NCBI GenBank assembly: GCA_951406725.2
Contig: OX597831.1
Span: 64,666,001 to 64,730,000, forward strand
Source of the DNA: Octopus vulgaris
Taxonomy: Eukaryota
DNA length: 64,000 bases
Reading direction: 5' to 3'
Position numbers and translations under genes: made by a program. This document shows, one piece after another, positions 63,948 through 64,000 of the stretch (its first letter is position 1; every line of letters begins with the position of its first letter). The notes beneath the pieces were generated by a model, which did not search any database, was not told the origin of the DNA, and saw nothing but the letters and a program-made list of their open reading frames with translations.

Positions 63948-64000
63948 TTATTTTATTAGTTTCAAAGATGTTAAGAAATTATGAGTATAAACTTTATATA

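Overview
AT-rich, intron-rich, repeat-dense animal genomic DNA, most likely an octopus (inferred from the tRNA-derived SINE families; not proven). Three spliced genes can be assembled by hand. (1) The 5' part of a SEC23IP/DDHD2-family (p125, intracellular PLA1) gene on the minus strand, ATG at 29719, running off the left edge. (2) A complete 15-exon MCMBP on the plus strand (43592-62614, about 614 aa). (3) The last three exons of ILF2/NF45 on the minus strand, convergent with MCMBP. Most ORFs in the supplied track are spurious frames through SINEs, MITEs and LINE fragments. I see no new multi-gene system. The best leads are two candidate frame-preserving mini/micro-exons (39 and 18 nt) in a 14.4-kb SEC23IP intron, a minor-spliceosome (U12) intron in MCMBP with probable AT-AA termini, and the head-to-head SEC23IP-MCMBP pair, which I recall is also present in human. 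Also notable is a ~430-bp MITE carrying internal TTAGGG repeats that fills the divergent intergenic region and abuts both promoters, along with several fold-back structures. All homology calls are from recalled protein motifs, not from database searches.
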